Source: Ramazzottius varieornatus (lineage: Eukaryota; Animalia; Tardigrada). From it: a stretch of DNA of 64,000 nucleotides. The stretch is taken from assembly GCA_001949185.1 (NCBI GenBank), contig BDGG01000004.1:4559777-4623776 (forward strand), in the 5' to 3' direction. This document shows positions 13,719 to 27,313 of the stretch, in pieces. A model generated the notes under the pieces. That model made no database searches and was not told where the DNA came from. It worked only from the letters and a program-made list of their open reading frames with translations. Both the position numbers and the translations under genes were made by a program. Within the stretch, counting starts at the first letter, position 1, and each line of letters starts with the position of its first letter.

Positions 13719-14880
13719 GGCGCTGGGATCATCTTTGTCGAAGAGGTCACTCAAGATTGGGTGATACCTACAAGAGGTTTTGGGATGTCACGTGCAGTGT
13801 TCCCCAGTAATTCTAGCCTCTTCCGTCCGCCGTGTTTATACAGTTCAGAGTTTTAATACATTCCTCTTTACTAATGTTGTGTTATTGTCAGTTTTTCTTG
13901 TAGATTATAAAGCGACCTTGGCGGACTCCAGTTTCCAGAGTCCCGTTACTCACGTACAGTATATTTGGCTGGGTCTCAATAAATTCCCTTATTAGTGACC
14001 TCGGCAGGGGATCGGGGCGTTCAGAGGGTGACAGTCTGACAGAGAATCTCTCTGTCACTGTAGTGCTGCTGAACCGCGCGTCCATCTGAGACCAGGTTAC
14101 CATAAAATTTGCTTTATCATGATACAGGCCAGTGTTGAACAGGTATTGGGTTTTCAGTACTCGGTCAAGTAAAGTATTTCAGCTGTGCTTGTCGTTAAAG
14201 TATCGGTAAACCTCCAGATGTACCGTTTATACCTCCGGTAAAGTACAGATCAAAATGAGTAACTGGAGGTATTCGGGAAAACAAATTCCTAGCTGTTTAG
14301 AAACACCGTCAAAAATTAAACCGCTATACATCACAACTCTTACTCAACTAAATTCATTAAGCTGCGAAACTGCAACATACGCTAAGTTTCCGTGCGGAAG
14401 TATAACTATAATGAGATTCTTGGATGTTATTTTGTTGTTCAATTTGCTGTCTATGACGTCCCAGCCTGTGAAAACGCGTTCAAACTTTCTCGAAGTTACA
14501 GGGGCGGACGTGATCTGCAGAACCAGCTTAAAAAGTCTATTGTTAGAGCAACTAACACGAAAAATCATTAAGTCAGAATACTGGCAGGCAATGGGCGGAC
14601 CAACTGCCCATGTATACGGCCCGCTCATGGGCTCACTTATGTGGTAGACAGGCAGGTTTGCCCTGTATTCATGTTTACGCACACAAATCGATGCACTCTT
14701 CGTTTCCACCAAGAACCGATCGCAATTGTAGGGAAGGCAGCCTGTGTTAGGTTAATTTTTCGAGTTTTCTGCTGTACTTTCGGTATCTACCGGCAAGCCT
14801 AAACGGCCGGTAGTGTCGGGTAAATACCTGAAATACCTCCCGTAAGGTATCGTTATCGCATCTCAGTACTCGGTGAAGTA

Positions 14881-16639
14881 CTGTACTCCCGCGATACACA
14901 CGCCATACTCGTACGTACGTCAGGAATGTGCACCTCCCGGGGGCAGAAAATTTGAACTTTATTGAATCAATAATCAGTCGAAAAGCTGTACTCTAAAGAG
15001 GAATCTTCCGCCACTTCGTCACCACTGTTCTCTTCGATCGAACTAAAGCTAAATTCCAATGGCGCTTCATCATTCTCTACAGAAGTTTGTTCATTAGCAA
15101 TCATATATGTTGGTTCAGGTAGAATTTGAGCCCCCACGAACGCGTTCTCGATTGTTTCTGGATTCACATCTGCCCAAGCTTGAGACACGAAGTCGATGAA
15201 GTCCTGTCGGGAGGGTTTACGAAGGTATCCTTTACCTGTCAACTCTGCTCGTTCTTTTCGCCATTCATGATACGCTCGCTTCAGGTTAGCCTTAAATGGA
15301 GCGTTTATGCCCACGTCTAGCGGCTGATAAGTGCCAGTCATTCCTCGAGGAATGAAAACTTGATCGACGTTCCTGCTTTCTAGAAGTTCTCTGCTTTCGA
15401 ATTTCAGATGAGCTGCAAAATGGTCTCGAATGAGGTACAAGGTGTTCTGAGTATCTTCCTCGAACGACTGCTTTATCCATTCGTGATCGATCCTCGAATT
15501 CCACCAAGCAGTACGCGTACTGAAAACGCGAACGTTATCAGGAATTTTCAGTTTTCCTAGAATGTTCGCCGACAACTGTCCAGTCTTCACGCCGCCTTTG
15601 AAGACGATGGCAGCAGGAAACTTCTGTCCGTCTCCCGTTACAGCAAGCCCAACAGTAAACCGTTCCTTTTCCCCTGGAGGTTGAATGACGTGCACTTGCT
15701 TCACTCCAATAGGAGACAACGTCTTCCCGTAAGTTTTTTGCAGAAGAACGCTTGTCTGGTCGAAGTTGATGATCCGGCTAGGATGAGTATTGTTTACGCC
15801 AACAATTTCCTCTACGCGTTCCATGAAGACATGTTCTTCAAGCTGTAAGAACAGATCTTCAGCTAAACGTTTAAATTTCGAAAATAAGAAAGCCTGACAG
15901 AACATCAAGATTTTGGTACAAAAGCAAACTATTGTTGTACCTCATCCGCTGCCGTCTTCGTCGTTTTTCTGCTCACTTTTGTTGTTGCCCGATAACTCAG
16001 ACGGTATCGCTTCTTCAGGCTATATATCCAACCGTTTGATACCCTGAAATTTTTCACGTTCAAATCTTTCGCGATTTGCGCTGCCCACTTTCGAAGGTCG
16101 GAGTCGCGTACAGGTAAGCTGACGTTTCTAGTCTTGATCACCTCGTGGTACACTCGCTTTTCCACATCTTGAAACATGAGTTTTCTGCGGCCTTTGAAAG
16201 TTCCTTCCGGTAGCTTTTTTCTGAAATATTGTCATCATAAGAGACAACTCCATTTCAAAATATTTGATCATCGAAGTCACTCACTTCCAATCTCTGATCG
16301 TTGTCCTTGGAATTTTCACCACCTTCGCGTAAGACCACATCGACATCCCGCTTTCCGCCATAGCTCTCAAGTTCCTTACAGCTTCCGATACTCTGTACAC
16401 CGAGCGGGTTCTAAATGTCCCCATTATGATAGGCAAAAAAGGTAGAGTTCAAGGGAGGATACCAAAGTAAAGCAGTGTTCAGACTCTTTCACCGGAAACA
16501 CAGAAAACAGAAATTCAACAGGTCAAAAGAACAAGCTGATCAGACAATCAGCTCAGTTAACGCTACGGTACTTTTTTACTTGCAGTACTACTTTTCCTAA
16601 TACAGAGGGAAGTATGGCGTGTGTATCGCGGGAGTACAG
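14881..16639 (-). mobile_element. Full-length pogo-family (Tc1/mariner superfamily) DNA transposon, 1759 bp
   Basis: Perfect 29-bp TIRs CTGTACTCCCGCGATACACACGCCATACT (14881-14909 and 16611-16639); TA TSD at 14879-80 and 16640-41; internal transposase. Confidence 0.95.
14967..16424 (-). CDS. pogo transposase (HTH, CENP-B-type HTH and DDE_1; DD35D), 3 exons, about 431 aa
   Basis: Exons 16424-16285, 16220-15941 and 15842-14967 join in frame via GT-AG introns; motifs IPRTTIRDWK, FRVSNGWIYSLKKRY, NFDQT, KERFTV, RDHFAAH, QPLDVGIN. Confidence 0.9.
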
Positions 16640-19600
16640 TATCGTTACTCCGAAATCGGTACCAGTTACAGGTATTACCGGGTAATACCGATACCGCGTT
16701 CAACACTGATACAGGCTGTCTCCCACGGCAAAGCGCTGACTTGGATACAGGAGTATTGAGAATCGAGTCTTGCAGTGCTCGCCTTTTCGTTTCACACGTG
16801 TTCGAATAACGTCATGGATGCCTTGCTGCAATTAGCTAAGCCCTGGTCCTAGCCTACTATCGCTTCTGAGGCACACAATCAAGAGTTTGATTGTCCGTTT
16901 CTGGTCCCGGCAGCGCGCGGTTCAGCAGCACTACAGTGCTCTCGGGAGAGGGTTGGTTTCCCAGTTCCGGTTCGTATCACGATTTCCAGTCCGTTTATTG
17001 TGGCTTTTCCAGAGAAATTAACGCTTAACGTGATAAATGATACCTCGGAGTGCGATATGATGTGGCGCTGTTAACGTTGGTATGTGGAACGGTTTGTGGA
17101 ATGTTTTAATTGAAGGGAAAGAACATCGATGCCCAAAGACTGGTTGGTTGCCAGAATTCTTTATCTCACGTTGCTTTCTATACACGGCCTGAAGCGGAGG
17201 TATCTGACCGGCATTTGGACAACTTGACTAGCATCTACTCTACAGCAAAACATGTTTCCTTCTGCTCATGGGAAGATCCACGAGGGCACTACCGAGGTGA
17301 GATAAAATTAATGTCATTTGTACCCTTTAATTACTGTACAGTATATTACTCGCAAAGTCCCTTGGAAGACTTTTGCAGTCTTGCTGAGTTGTGTTGCTGA
17401 TCGGAAAACTGCATGCCGCAGCATTAAGGCAGCTCAACTGTATATCTCCCTTGGTTTGGCCAAAGCCATTCTATCAGGGGGACATAGAATGGCTTTGGTT
17501 TGGGTCAGGACATGCGTGAATATTCTGACCGGCCTACACTCGTTATGTCTGAAAGTTTTGTAGAAAATTTTGAACTCCAAAGCCGGCGAGACCGAATGAG
17601 TGGCGCCATCTGACCAGCCGCGCGGAAAATGGTCGAACACTGTTCGTGGTAGATACTTATTTCCTGTGGATGGGGTGCGACAGGAGAGAACTGGATCCGG
17701 AGCAGCAGTAACGCGAAAGAGATGAGGCCGCTGTACACTACAGTTCTGGGAGCCTTTGCCTTCTCCGTGTCGCGGGCTGGCGTACTGTACCACGCCTTAC
17801 ATTGGCGAACCCGGCATTGATCGACTCGTCCCCTTCTCCTCTGCATCAGTGTTCCTCGCACTTTACGTAGGCTCACTGCACATTCTCCCAGTCGGACCGT
17901 CTACGCCAGCTAGTAGCTACTGTGTTAACTCAGCGTGCTTTTACAAGCTGTGTATCTTTTTTAGCAATTCTTGCCCTTCTAGCTCAACTGCGTGGATTCA
18001 TGGCCGCGTCGAACCAAGCGATACATTGCCCCTGACTGGCCAGCGCCACATTTCATCTTCTCGACACATCCTACGTGGTATCGCTTCTGCGACGCTGTCA
18101 AAGTGAAGTCACAACTGTTCTAGTGAACCCAATCTTCTCCTCAATCTCCGCAACCTACTGTTCCATCATCAACGTTTTACTATCCATCAATTGCTTCATT
18201 TGCAGCAGATCTTTTCCGTGCTGTTGTCGAAGTGAATTTGGACTTTGCCAAGATCGCAATACGACAAAGGTTACTAAAAGAGGTAAGTGTGGCATATTTA
18301 TACAGTATTGGAACACTGAAGTGCGTGTATGTCGTCAGGCGAAAGGGAAGCTGGAAGCTGGAAATAGACGGAGCCAGCTGCGGTGTAGCGACTCCCAAGC
18401 TGCCAAGCAAGCCACTTCGTACGTGTTACCCCGTCCAACATGGAAAGCTTCCGGCATAGAAGCGACCTTCTTTGCTCGTGGCGCACGCAGCTGCAGTTGT
18501 TGAAGCTGCGAAGCCCAACTTTGGCTGGAGAATGAGAAGAGGAGCGTGAGGGATGCAGGATAGAGAAAGTTAGGCCATTATCGGGTTATCAATTGATCTG
18601 CTGGTGAATCACTTTGCAGAGACCTGTCTTTCTTCATTTATACCCTGCAGACGTAAATGTAACCTGCTCTCTTGATCACAAGCCCAATTATCGATAACTT
18701 TGCCGATGCAAGCAGTCAGGCAGGCAGGTGTTGCTCGATCCCTTTTTTGCCGCTTCTCACTCGCTTAAGAGGCCGCGAAGCCAAACACGCAATGACGTCA
18801 AGGCGGGCACCCATTTGCAACTGGCTTCACCCTTTAATGATGTCAAACCTTGTAGACAGAGTGCCTTTAGCAATTACCGCTATACGCATTTCGTAATTTC
18901 GCAGAGAAAGTAGCGATCAACATCTGGTGTAAGGAATGAAGCTTGCAGGCAAACTGAAGAGTCTGGCTGGGAGCGTGTATTTACTCTGGCTCATAATCAT
19001 GCCAGCCGTCAAGAACCAACATCGAAGGGCTTTTGCAGTTAAGGAAGACTGCAGGAAAGATCGGCGAGCGTCGGTCTTACAGCCTTTGACTATAGTTATC
19101 CAATCGATTTCTGTCCGAGCACCCCTGTTTCCTCCTGAGTGCGACAACATTAGGAGCCGGTTAATTCGAAGGTTCAGTACAACATGGTCGGTTTCGCTGT
19201 TTTCAGCGCAACATGCCGAACCTCGATACGTATCCCTTCCGCTAGAGAAGAACTCCTCAAGCGATGCAGTTCTTGGTCCGCTGAAACTTGGCAGGATGTT
19301 TCAGAGATTCTGGACGAAAGAGAAGTGCCCCTGTAGGACGAATAATGAGAGCAAGGGAGACAAAGACAATGTTGAGCGAGGAAAGTGGCAAATGTGACAG
19401 CTGAGCTGGATGGAGGTCTCTAGGGAAGAAGCGTCGATTGGATAACTTGTGTACCAGCAGCTTTTCACTAATCTCCGGCCAGTTTGAGGCCAGTCTAGTT
19501 CCGACTGACTTTAGATTCCGACGACTCCGGTCGATCATCCCGTAAGGTTTTCCCGCGATCTTTGTTTCGCACTGAGCTCGAGCTGCTGCTCTAACGTAAT

Positions 19601-21432
19601 ATAATTGCTCAATTGATCCCTACGCTCTTGTTTATTCATATCCAATTAACGTATTGGGCGACATGTTCATAAGCGAAAACAACTTCCATATCGAGGGTGG
19701 TCGGCGAAAGCGAGAATGAGCTTCGGGTCGTTTCCACTTGCCAACAGGTTCTTCCTTCAGTTGGTGCACGTGGACGAGGTCTGATCAACGGTGGTCGATC
19801 GAGCCAGACTTACAGTGGTGGACGCCGCGGGCGCTAAAATGCTACTCCACAGCCTTTCCTGTTTATGGAGACGTAAGCCAAGCCTTAGGCTTTGTAGTGG
19901 CTCCCTTCGTTGAACATTCTGCGTAGCCGGCGTAGGGATGCCAACTCTTGTCTCCCATGAGCCTCAGCTACTGTACTTTCTTGGTAACACAGTCCGGACT
20001 CGACATAAGGATCGGCATAGGCATCAAGCACAAACCAAAGGCAAACCCCGTAAAGTAAAGCTTCCCCTCCTCGTACTCCGCAACTTCCGTGATCGTGGCC
20101 TTGTCCAAACAGCAAACCATACCTGCTTCCCTGGTCCTTCTCAAGTGCACTTGGACGTTTATGGAAACTTTTTCACACGGTTGAATATTCGGTTGGAGTC
20201 TCGTAAACTTGAACCTACTTATATAGGACATATTTACCCTTAACCCTGGAGAAAAATTCAATTTAATAATTAATCTCCTCAGATGTGCAACCCTCAGTTG
20301 GGCAAGTAGAACCAATTCTTTATTCGAGAACCAAGATGGGATTGCAAGAGGAAAGTCACGTGGATGGCACTATAACTTGGTCATTGTCACATTACGTGTA
20401 CTGACCGAAGCATGTCTGTCTTTTACAGATCGAAGTGAATGCTGGGCGTTGGAGTGGTTCTCCATCGTTGGTACAGCCATCGTGGACGAGGGGTTGAACA
20501 GGGCTGAAGTGGAGTGTTGTCTGCTCGTCGATCGAGTCGGGTGAAGTGAAAAGGGAAAAAAGCCAGCCAGCGAGTGGGAGAAACACATTAGCGAAGATTG
20601 CTAGCTGCCTTGTCCCGCCCTCTCGTAGTCTTCTGCAAGAACCCAGCCAGGCTCAACGGATACAAGGGTTCCCCAGACTTTTTTCCTCATCCAACCAGTG
20701 GCTGAAACTCCTTCGTTTTCACGTGATTAATATCCTTCCATTGCTTCTACTTCTTCCTCTTCCACCAAGTTATTACTGTGATATAACGACTGACACGGTG
20801 CACGTGCGCATTGCCGACAGAATCATGAGCCGTGGAAGGATGTAGGCACTGTAGCCATGTTGCTCTTCGACATCTCATTAACCGTGATCTCTCCTCAGCG
20901 TACGAGGTAGAGTTAGCTGCAGCTGGGACTGGGAGCGATTTTTAACGAAGAAGTCGCTTCGCTGTCACGAGCATCATCTTCTGCATACTAATTTCTGGCG
21001 ACCTCCCATGGTGGCGCACTTGTCCGCATTCTATCTTGGTCTACCCAACTTATGACAAACAGAGCTCCATCAACTTTGTGACTTGTCTGCCTACACTGCT
21101 GATGCCGAAGCTGTCCGCTGATCGATGGACGGACGTTGAATTGTCGCTGTGATTTTGTCTGTGTGTTTGAGTTATGAGGGAAGATTGTTGGACCAGCTTC
21201 TTCCATGCGTTCTCTGGTGTCTTTCGACCGTCCATCTGCTCATTCAGGTACACAACATAAGTGTGGCCTTACTGCTGCTCGTCAAGCTGCAGGAAGAGCG
21301 ACTACAAGGCGCCTTATTGGTGGGGACTTGACCCGGAAATCCTGTCACTGCGTGGCTTCCTTCTCTTCTGTGGGTCCACAGTTGGACTGTCAGTGGCTCC
21401 TTGATTTATGCGCCACCTGGCTGGCCTTGGAC

Positions 21433-24400
21433 ATGGCCACCAACTCCAACACTGCCACCACCTCTTCCCATAATACTTTCAACAACAGCAACAACCATCG
21501 CGCCGACCATCTGACCAACAACCGACTGGCCAAAGGCACACCTTCCCATGGAAATTATCCTGAAGACCATCCCAACTTCCTCGTTTACAAAAAGGTAAGT
21601 GCAAGCTTCGCTATATTACGGTTCTGTATTTGTTTGCCAATATGCACGATGCAGTTAACAGTAACCTTAAGTAGTAAAATAAAGATGAACAAGCTTATCT
21701 ACGGCATACCGATCGATAAAATCGGCAAGCTTTGCTCGCTATCCGTATCGAAAGAAAAAAAAGTCGTCCTTCCGTGCGGACTACTTTCGCCGCTCCGAAA
21801 AGGAAACTTTGTCGTAGGTCTCTTACGCGTATTTAAAGCTAACAAAAGCTTGAATTTTTTGCCAGATAACAACGAAGTCAAAATCGTAGAATTCCTGTTT
21901 TTGTTAGTGAACCCTTTCAAACTTCTTTTTCGGGAAAGATGAAAGGCAAAGATTGGTTTGCACAACATCTATGTCCGAAAATTCAATTTTTTGTCCTTTG
22001 ATGAAAAGCCGGTGTAATATAATATTCTCATTGATGGCTTGAGAGGCTGTACAAAGCTGGGCTTTAAGACTTTGCAAAGAAAATATCCGATGCATCTCCT
22101 CTTCGGAAGATTCATCGCGGGTCCATTTTACACGGCCTTGTGGGTTTATCTCACATTTCTCGGATGGTAATGGAGACCACTTTGCGACTTTGCATTATAT
22201 CGCTATCCGCTTTTGACTCTTCCGCCGACACTGCAAAGGGCAAACAGACATCAATCCCCACAGTGGCGGGCAGTACGGGGAACCTAGTACTGCAAAGACC
22301 TTGCAAGAACACCCTTGGGACGTCGGCAAATGATTCCACCGGGATCGTTATCTCAAGTTGCGCGCGTTTACATTGGTATTAGCTGAGAGTGTGCGCAAGT
22401 TTGGAAATAGAGCTTCATTCATTTGCTGACGTCCTACCCACAATGGGCGGCGTTTTCTTCCGATGTTACCCTGCTGACAAGCTGTAATATAAGCTGTTGG
22501 CCTTATTACACAACAATCTTAACGAGCCGTTTTCCTTGTTTTCTACAGATGGAGAAGATCGTGGAACATATGCAGAACGAGCAGTCAGGTGTGCCGGTGC
22601 GCACCGTCAAAAGCTTCATGACAAAGATACCGTCGGTCTTTATGGGTAAGGTCGAGTCAGCGTGGGTAATTGACCGTTTTTTACTCGAATGGCCTAAAGC
22701 ATTAAGAACGTTAACGGGTTCCAGACTGCAAGGCCTTTACGGCACCCAGCTGGGAGCATGATGGCGGCGATATGTTGTCTAAATGTTATTCTTTGACTGA
22801 CAACGCTGTGACTGCAGGCTCTGACTTGATCCAATGGATGGTCCGCAACTTGGACGTCGATGATCAAAGTAAGTGCTTGAAGCTTCTCCACTCCACGCAG
22901 TACATACTATTCTCATAGTATGCAACGTCAGTCCCTTTCTCTTTCTCCTTCCTTGTTGCCCAAACCGCAAAAGAAGACAATCGAGAGAAAGTCATTCCAT
23001 TTGCTCTTTCCGCCCGACGAGCACGCATGGCGATTGCTCTTTCTCATGTCCAAAAACTGTCTTCCAAGCATTCACGATCGTGGTTCTCCACTGGATGAAC
23101 GTCTCGAGTACTTGTACAACGACCATAACAATGCAACGTTCGATGAGGCACCTTGAACAAAAATATCGTGACCAGTGTTTCGTATGTGGATCTACGTCAA
23201 GAGCCCGAGCAACGACATGCAGTATACTTGACGTGGGAAGTGTGCTTTTTTGGGGCAATGATATCAGGGAAGAAGGAAGTACAGGGTGGATTGTGCTGTG
23301 ACAAGTCAATCCGTTTCTGTCTTTACTGTCACTTGGGTAATTGCATCGTCTTTATGGTATGTTTCTTTCGCAGCTGAAGCTCTTCATCTTGCTCATCTGA
23401 TGGCTGGTCATGGCTATTTCTTTCCCATTGACGACCACGTACTCACTGTCAAGAACGATGGAACCTTTTACCGCTTTCAAGTACGTGTAATCTCGATCCG
23501 CACAACATTATGTACAACCTTCTTCTCTGTAGACACCCTATTTTTGGCCTTCAAATTGCTGGGAACCGGAAAATACCGACTACGGTGAGAACTGCTGGAG
23601 TAGTCTTTGGTCGGTCACTTCTAACCAGGAAATTATGCTTCGCTCTTCCTTTAGCGGTCTACCTGTGCAAGAGGACCATGCAGAACAAAACGCGGCTGGA
23701 GCTGACCGACTACGAGGCGGAGAACCTTGCGCGGCTCCAGAAAATGTTCTCCAGAAAATGGGAATTCATCTTCATGCAAGCCGAAGCGCAGTCAAAGTAT
23801 GACGTTGCTCAAACACAAGTCGGGAATTATAGAGAAACAAAACTAATGTTGAGGTCTTTTATTTGAAGACAATAATCTCTACTCTACGATTGAGGAAGCG
23901 GCGATATATAGCGGCGATAAACTTATAATTGGACTTTCTTTTTAGAGTGGACAAAAAGCGTGACAAGCTGGAACGGAAGGTATTGGACAGCCAAGAACGA
24001 GCCTTCTGGGATGTCCATCGACCAGTCGTAAGTGTAAGCTATCACCGAAGTGGACTCATTGTGTCGCACATTTGCACCAAGTTATATTGAAGTTCGGTCG
24101 ACGAGCTCGACAAGATTATTTTCCCAAGTAGCGCACGGCGTCAGTGTTACGAACGAAGAATTGCGCCACTCGGAAGAGCGATCTTGTCGAGTTCGAGTGC
24201 CGAACTTCCATATTATTGGCTTGCAGGGAAGGGACACTACATGGATGTGGTTTTTGCAGCCGGGCAGTGTCAACACGACCGAGATGGACTTCAAGAAGGC
24301 AAGCCGAAGTAAAAAGGTGACCAAAGGTTTTAGTCGACTGGGAAGTACCGGTGGGGGAAGTCGGGCCAAGATTGCCGACGATCCGCAGACAGTGGAAACC

Positions 24401-25629
24401 TTTACCAGAGAAGTTGAAAGACTGCGGCAACGTCTGTCTAGAAGACATCTCAAGATGTCCGACATTACCAAACCGTAAGCCAGCTTAATGAGTGTCTGCT
24501 GTGGTTAGATTCACTGTTGGAACGAGTAAACGAACTGTGTTGTCTGTTTGTAGACATGTGCAATTTTTTGAGCAGTACGCCGAATATGACCCCTTTATTG
24601 TGCCACCGGAAGTGGCCAACCCATGGATCTGTGATAATATTGAGCTCTGGGAGCAAGAAAGGTTATGGTAATATCTCATTTTACGATTGTTTCTCTTTCG
24701 TACAGTACACGAAAAAAATAGACTTTCAAAAAAATGGGTGTGTACGGAAACCAGATGGGACCAACTAATTAACTCTGAATGTTTCGCTAAGAGCACCTTT
24801 TAACGGTCAATGCTGATTGAGCCATATGGGTTCGCCCCACCCATTTTCGTAAGCTAAGTTTTCGTACGAGTTTCTCGTACACTGTATCAACCCATTCGAT
24901 TCTGGAATATTAACCGTCGTTCACTTTGCAGTAGTAAGGATCCTTCCAGCAAAAGAGTGAAACGATGGGCTTTCTCCCTGCGCGAACTTTTGAAAGACCC
25001 TATCGGTAGGGACCACTTCATGCGGTTTCTAGAGAAAGAAGTCAGCGGAGAAAATCTGAGGTACTGGGTCGGCCATACTGTCCGGATTCGCCATGGCCAA
25101 TCTCTTCTAAACGTTTGATCTGTAGATTCTGGGAGTCGGTACAAGAGCTGAAACGTATGCCTAATAAGCAGATACCAACCCGAGTCAAAGAGATTTTTGC
25201 GTGAGTCACTTCGCTTCCTGATTGCAGTGGTTTCTCAATGGAATAATGCCTCGTTTCTTTTAGCGAGTTCTTAGCGCCCGGTGCGCATTCTCCGGTAAAC
25301 ATCGACTCGGCTGCCGCCGAAATCACCAGAAAGCTCATGCTAAAACCCAATCGCTACAGTTTCGAGATTGCAGCGGTATATTTTTTTTTACTGCCTTCAG
25401 ATGTTGAAAAGCACCTTTTTATCGCATGATGTAATTGCAGGAGCATATTTACAACCTGATGGGTCGTGATAGTTACCAGCGGTTCCTCCGTTCCGACGTC
25501 TATAAGGAACTGCTGGCGGGAGCCAAGAAGAAGGTGAGGCCTCGTTTTGAGACTCCTACTCAGTCTTGACCGTTAACACGGCTAATTCAGAAACACGCAC
25601 CAATTAGCAAAGTGACATGTCCGTCTTGA
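21433..25629 (+). CDS. RGS7: Regulator of G-protein signalling R7 family (RGS7/RGS6/EGL-10; DEP-DHEX-GGL-RGS); terminal exon uncertain
   Basis: Exons encode PNFLVYKK|[134 protein letters not shown], and [22 protein letters not shown] (to 25533); candidate last exon 25591-25629. Confidence 0.92.
22321..22431. repeat. Palindromic family copy (RGS7 intron 1)
   Basis: CGTCGGCAAATGA..CAAGTTGCGCGC-N25-GTGCGCAAGTTTG..TCATTTGCTGACG. Confidence 0.8.
24089..24208. repeat. Palindromic family copy (RGS7 intron)
   Basis: GAAGTTCGG..CTCGACAAGAT..CAAGTAGCGCAC-N24-TTGCGCCACTCG..ATCTTGTCGAG..CCGAACTTC. Confidence 0.9.
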
Positions 25630-27313
25630 GAATGTTGTGTGGATGTGCTTGCGCTTGAAACTGCACGAGGAGAGCTTTCCCTAATTGTAACGAGAAGCGG
25701 CTGCCGCCTGCCTTTTCCCCAGTGACATTTGCATGCTAATGCCATTCCTTTCCCTGATACCCATTCCCCGTACGTACTACGCTGATGCCTTTCGTAGAGC
25801 TCGGTTCGAGGTTTGCGCTCAGTGATCTCACTGGGTCGAAAGGATCCGAACAATACGCTGCAGCAACCGCCGGTTACCTCATAGAACCTTCCGTCTTGGT
25901 TGGGCTGGCTGGACTGGGTCGAGCTGAACGATCTCTCTCATTCGCATGATTTGCGACATGTACACTTCCACTTCCGTTGCCTCTGATTGAATGCAGTACT
26001 CGACAACATGAACATGGTTACGTTGAGATCTTCTTCTTTCTCAGAGTTTAAATGTCTCGCTGTGGGAATGCCCATATTACACTACTCCCAGATGATTATT
26101 TGATGAACTCCCCCCTTTCTTGAATGGAAAGCCTGTGTATATTCTCAATCATTAATTTTGTTCTTTTTGTTGATCTCGGTTCTCCAAATGAACATTGATG
26201 AATACGGTTAGTGTACTCAGTGATTCGGTTCCACCGCATCGTTGAGGGAATGCACAAGCTTTTCCGTTGGACACAGAGGAAGAGCCTGTCCAAGGAAGCA
26301 CGGTGGTACGTTTTTTCCGGTGTAATGTCTTCGTTTGACAATTTGAATGGATGACTGTCGCCCAAGTTACACTGCGCAGCAAGGCATTCAGCCAATGACC
26401 AGGTAACAAACTTCGTTTCAGGCCACCAAGTTCGTTATGCCCAAGTTGACTTCGACGTCCAAACTGCACAGCTTCAACCTCTCAGCTGGATAGAATTCCG
26501 GATATCTCATACAGAGCTCGTCTAACCTCAGTGTACGTCAAAAGACCCATTGATTGCTTACGACCTTTCGTCGGTCGGTGGATGACAGTAAGAGCGGCGG
26601 TCTTTCATTTCGCGGCTTAGTCTGAATTCAGCGGGACATCCGCAATGACGTCACTGCAGAGAACCGAGGACTTACAGACTTGATTATTTCTCTTTACTCA
26701 GAAAGCTTTGCAATATTGATGTTGCTTTTTCAAATACAAAATTATAAGCTACAATCTTGGCAAAGCAGGCAAGGAGGCATAAAGTTACATCACATCTCCA
26801 GCTGCTATTGTCGTTGGTTGTTTTTCTTGACGGAAGTAAACTATTGCGGTTGCAGCAAGCGTCGTGCGTCTGCTGTCCGTTAAATCCTTTATGCAAGCAC
26901 CATATCATCTGTCGCTGCCGATGTCTTTTTGGCCGCCTTCTCCCTCAAAATATTGTTCAGTCAAAGAATGGCTGCGCATCCGTCCTTGCTGACACTCTTT
27001 TAGTCAGTTCGATAAAAAAATCAAAAGGCAGCATCTTTTTCTAATACAGAGACACACGCGCCGGCAATGAAGAGTCAGCCAAAGTCAGCTTCACTGACAA
27101 AGAGAAAAGCGCGATCCGGCTTGATCTGGCACCGGCTTTGACACCGATAGCACCTTCCATTCTTCGTCTTGTTTTTGTCTACTGATTAGCGCTGTTCAAT
27201 ATATTCCTAACAGGCACGAGGAAGTTATTTTCGGCGACTGTCAGCTCACGTTCCTATCCATACCGAAAATACGAATATTTATCTTAATCTCGTTGTGATC
27301 ATCCCCATGAATC

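Larger units (their letters stand above)
14130..16708. mobile_element. Non-autonomous hAT-type element (about 820 bp excluding the nested pogo)
   Basis: TIR CAGTGTTGAAC at 14130 and GTTCAACACTG ending at 16708; perfect 8-bp TSD ATACAGGC at 14122-14129 and 16709-16716; many subterminal GGTAT/TACC motifs. Confidence 0.9.
14056..16938. mobile_element. Outer non-autonomous element with 25-bp perfect CACTG TIRs (CMC/CACTA-like), about 300 bp once nested inserts are removed
   Basis: CACTGTAGTGCTGCTGAACCGCGCG at 14056-14080 and its exact reverse complement at 16914-16938; no clear TSD, so the superfamily is uncertain. Confidence 0.7.

Noticed and set aside
19885-20588. Minus-strand ORFs upstream of RGS7
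   Set aside because: No recognisable domain and no consistent spliced model.
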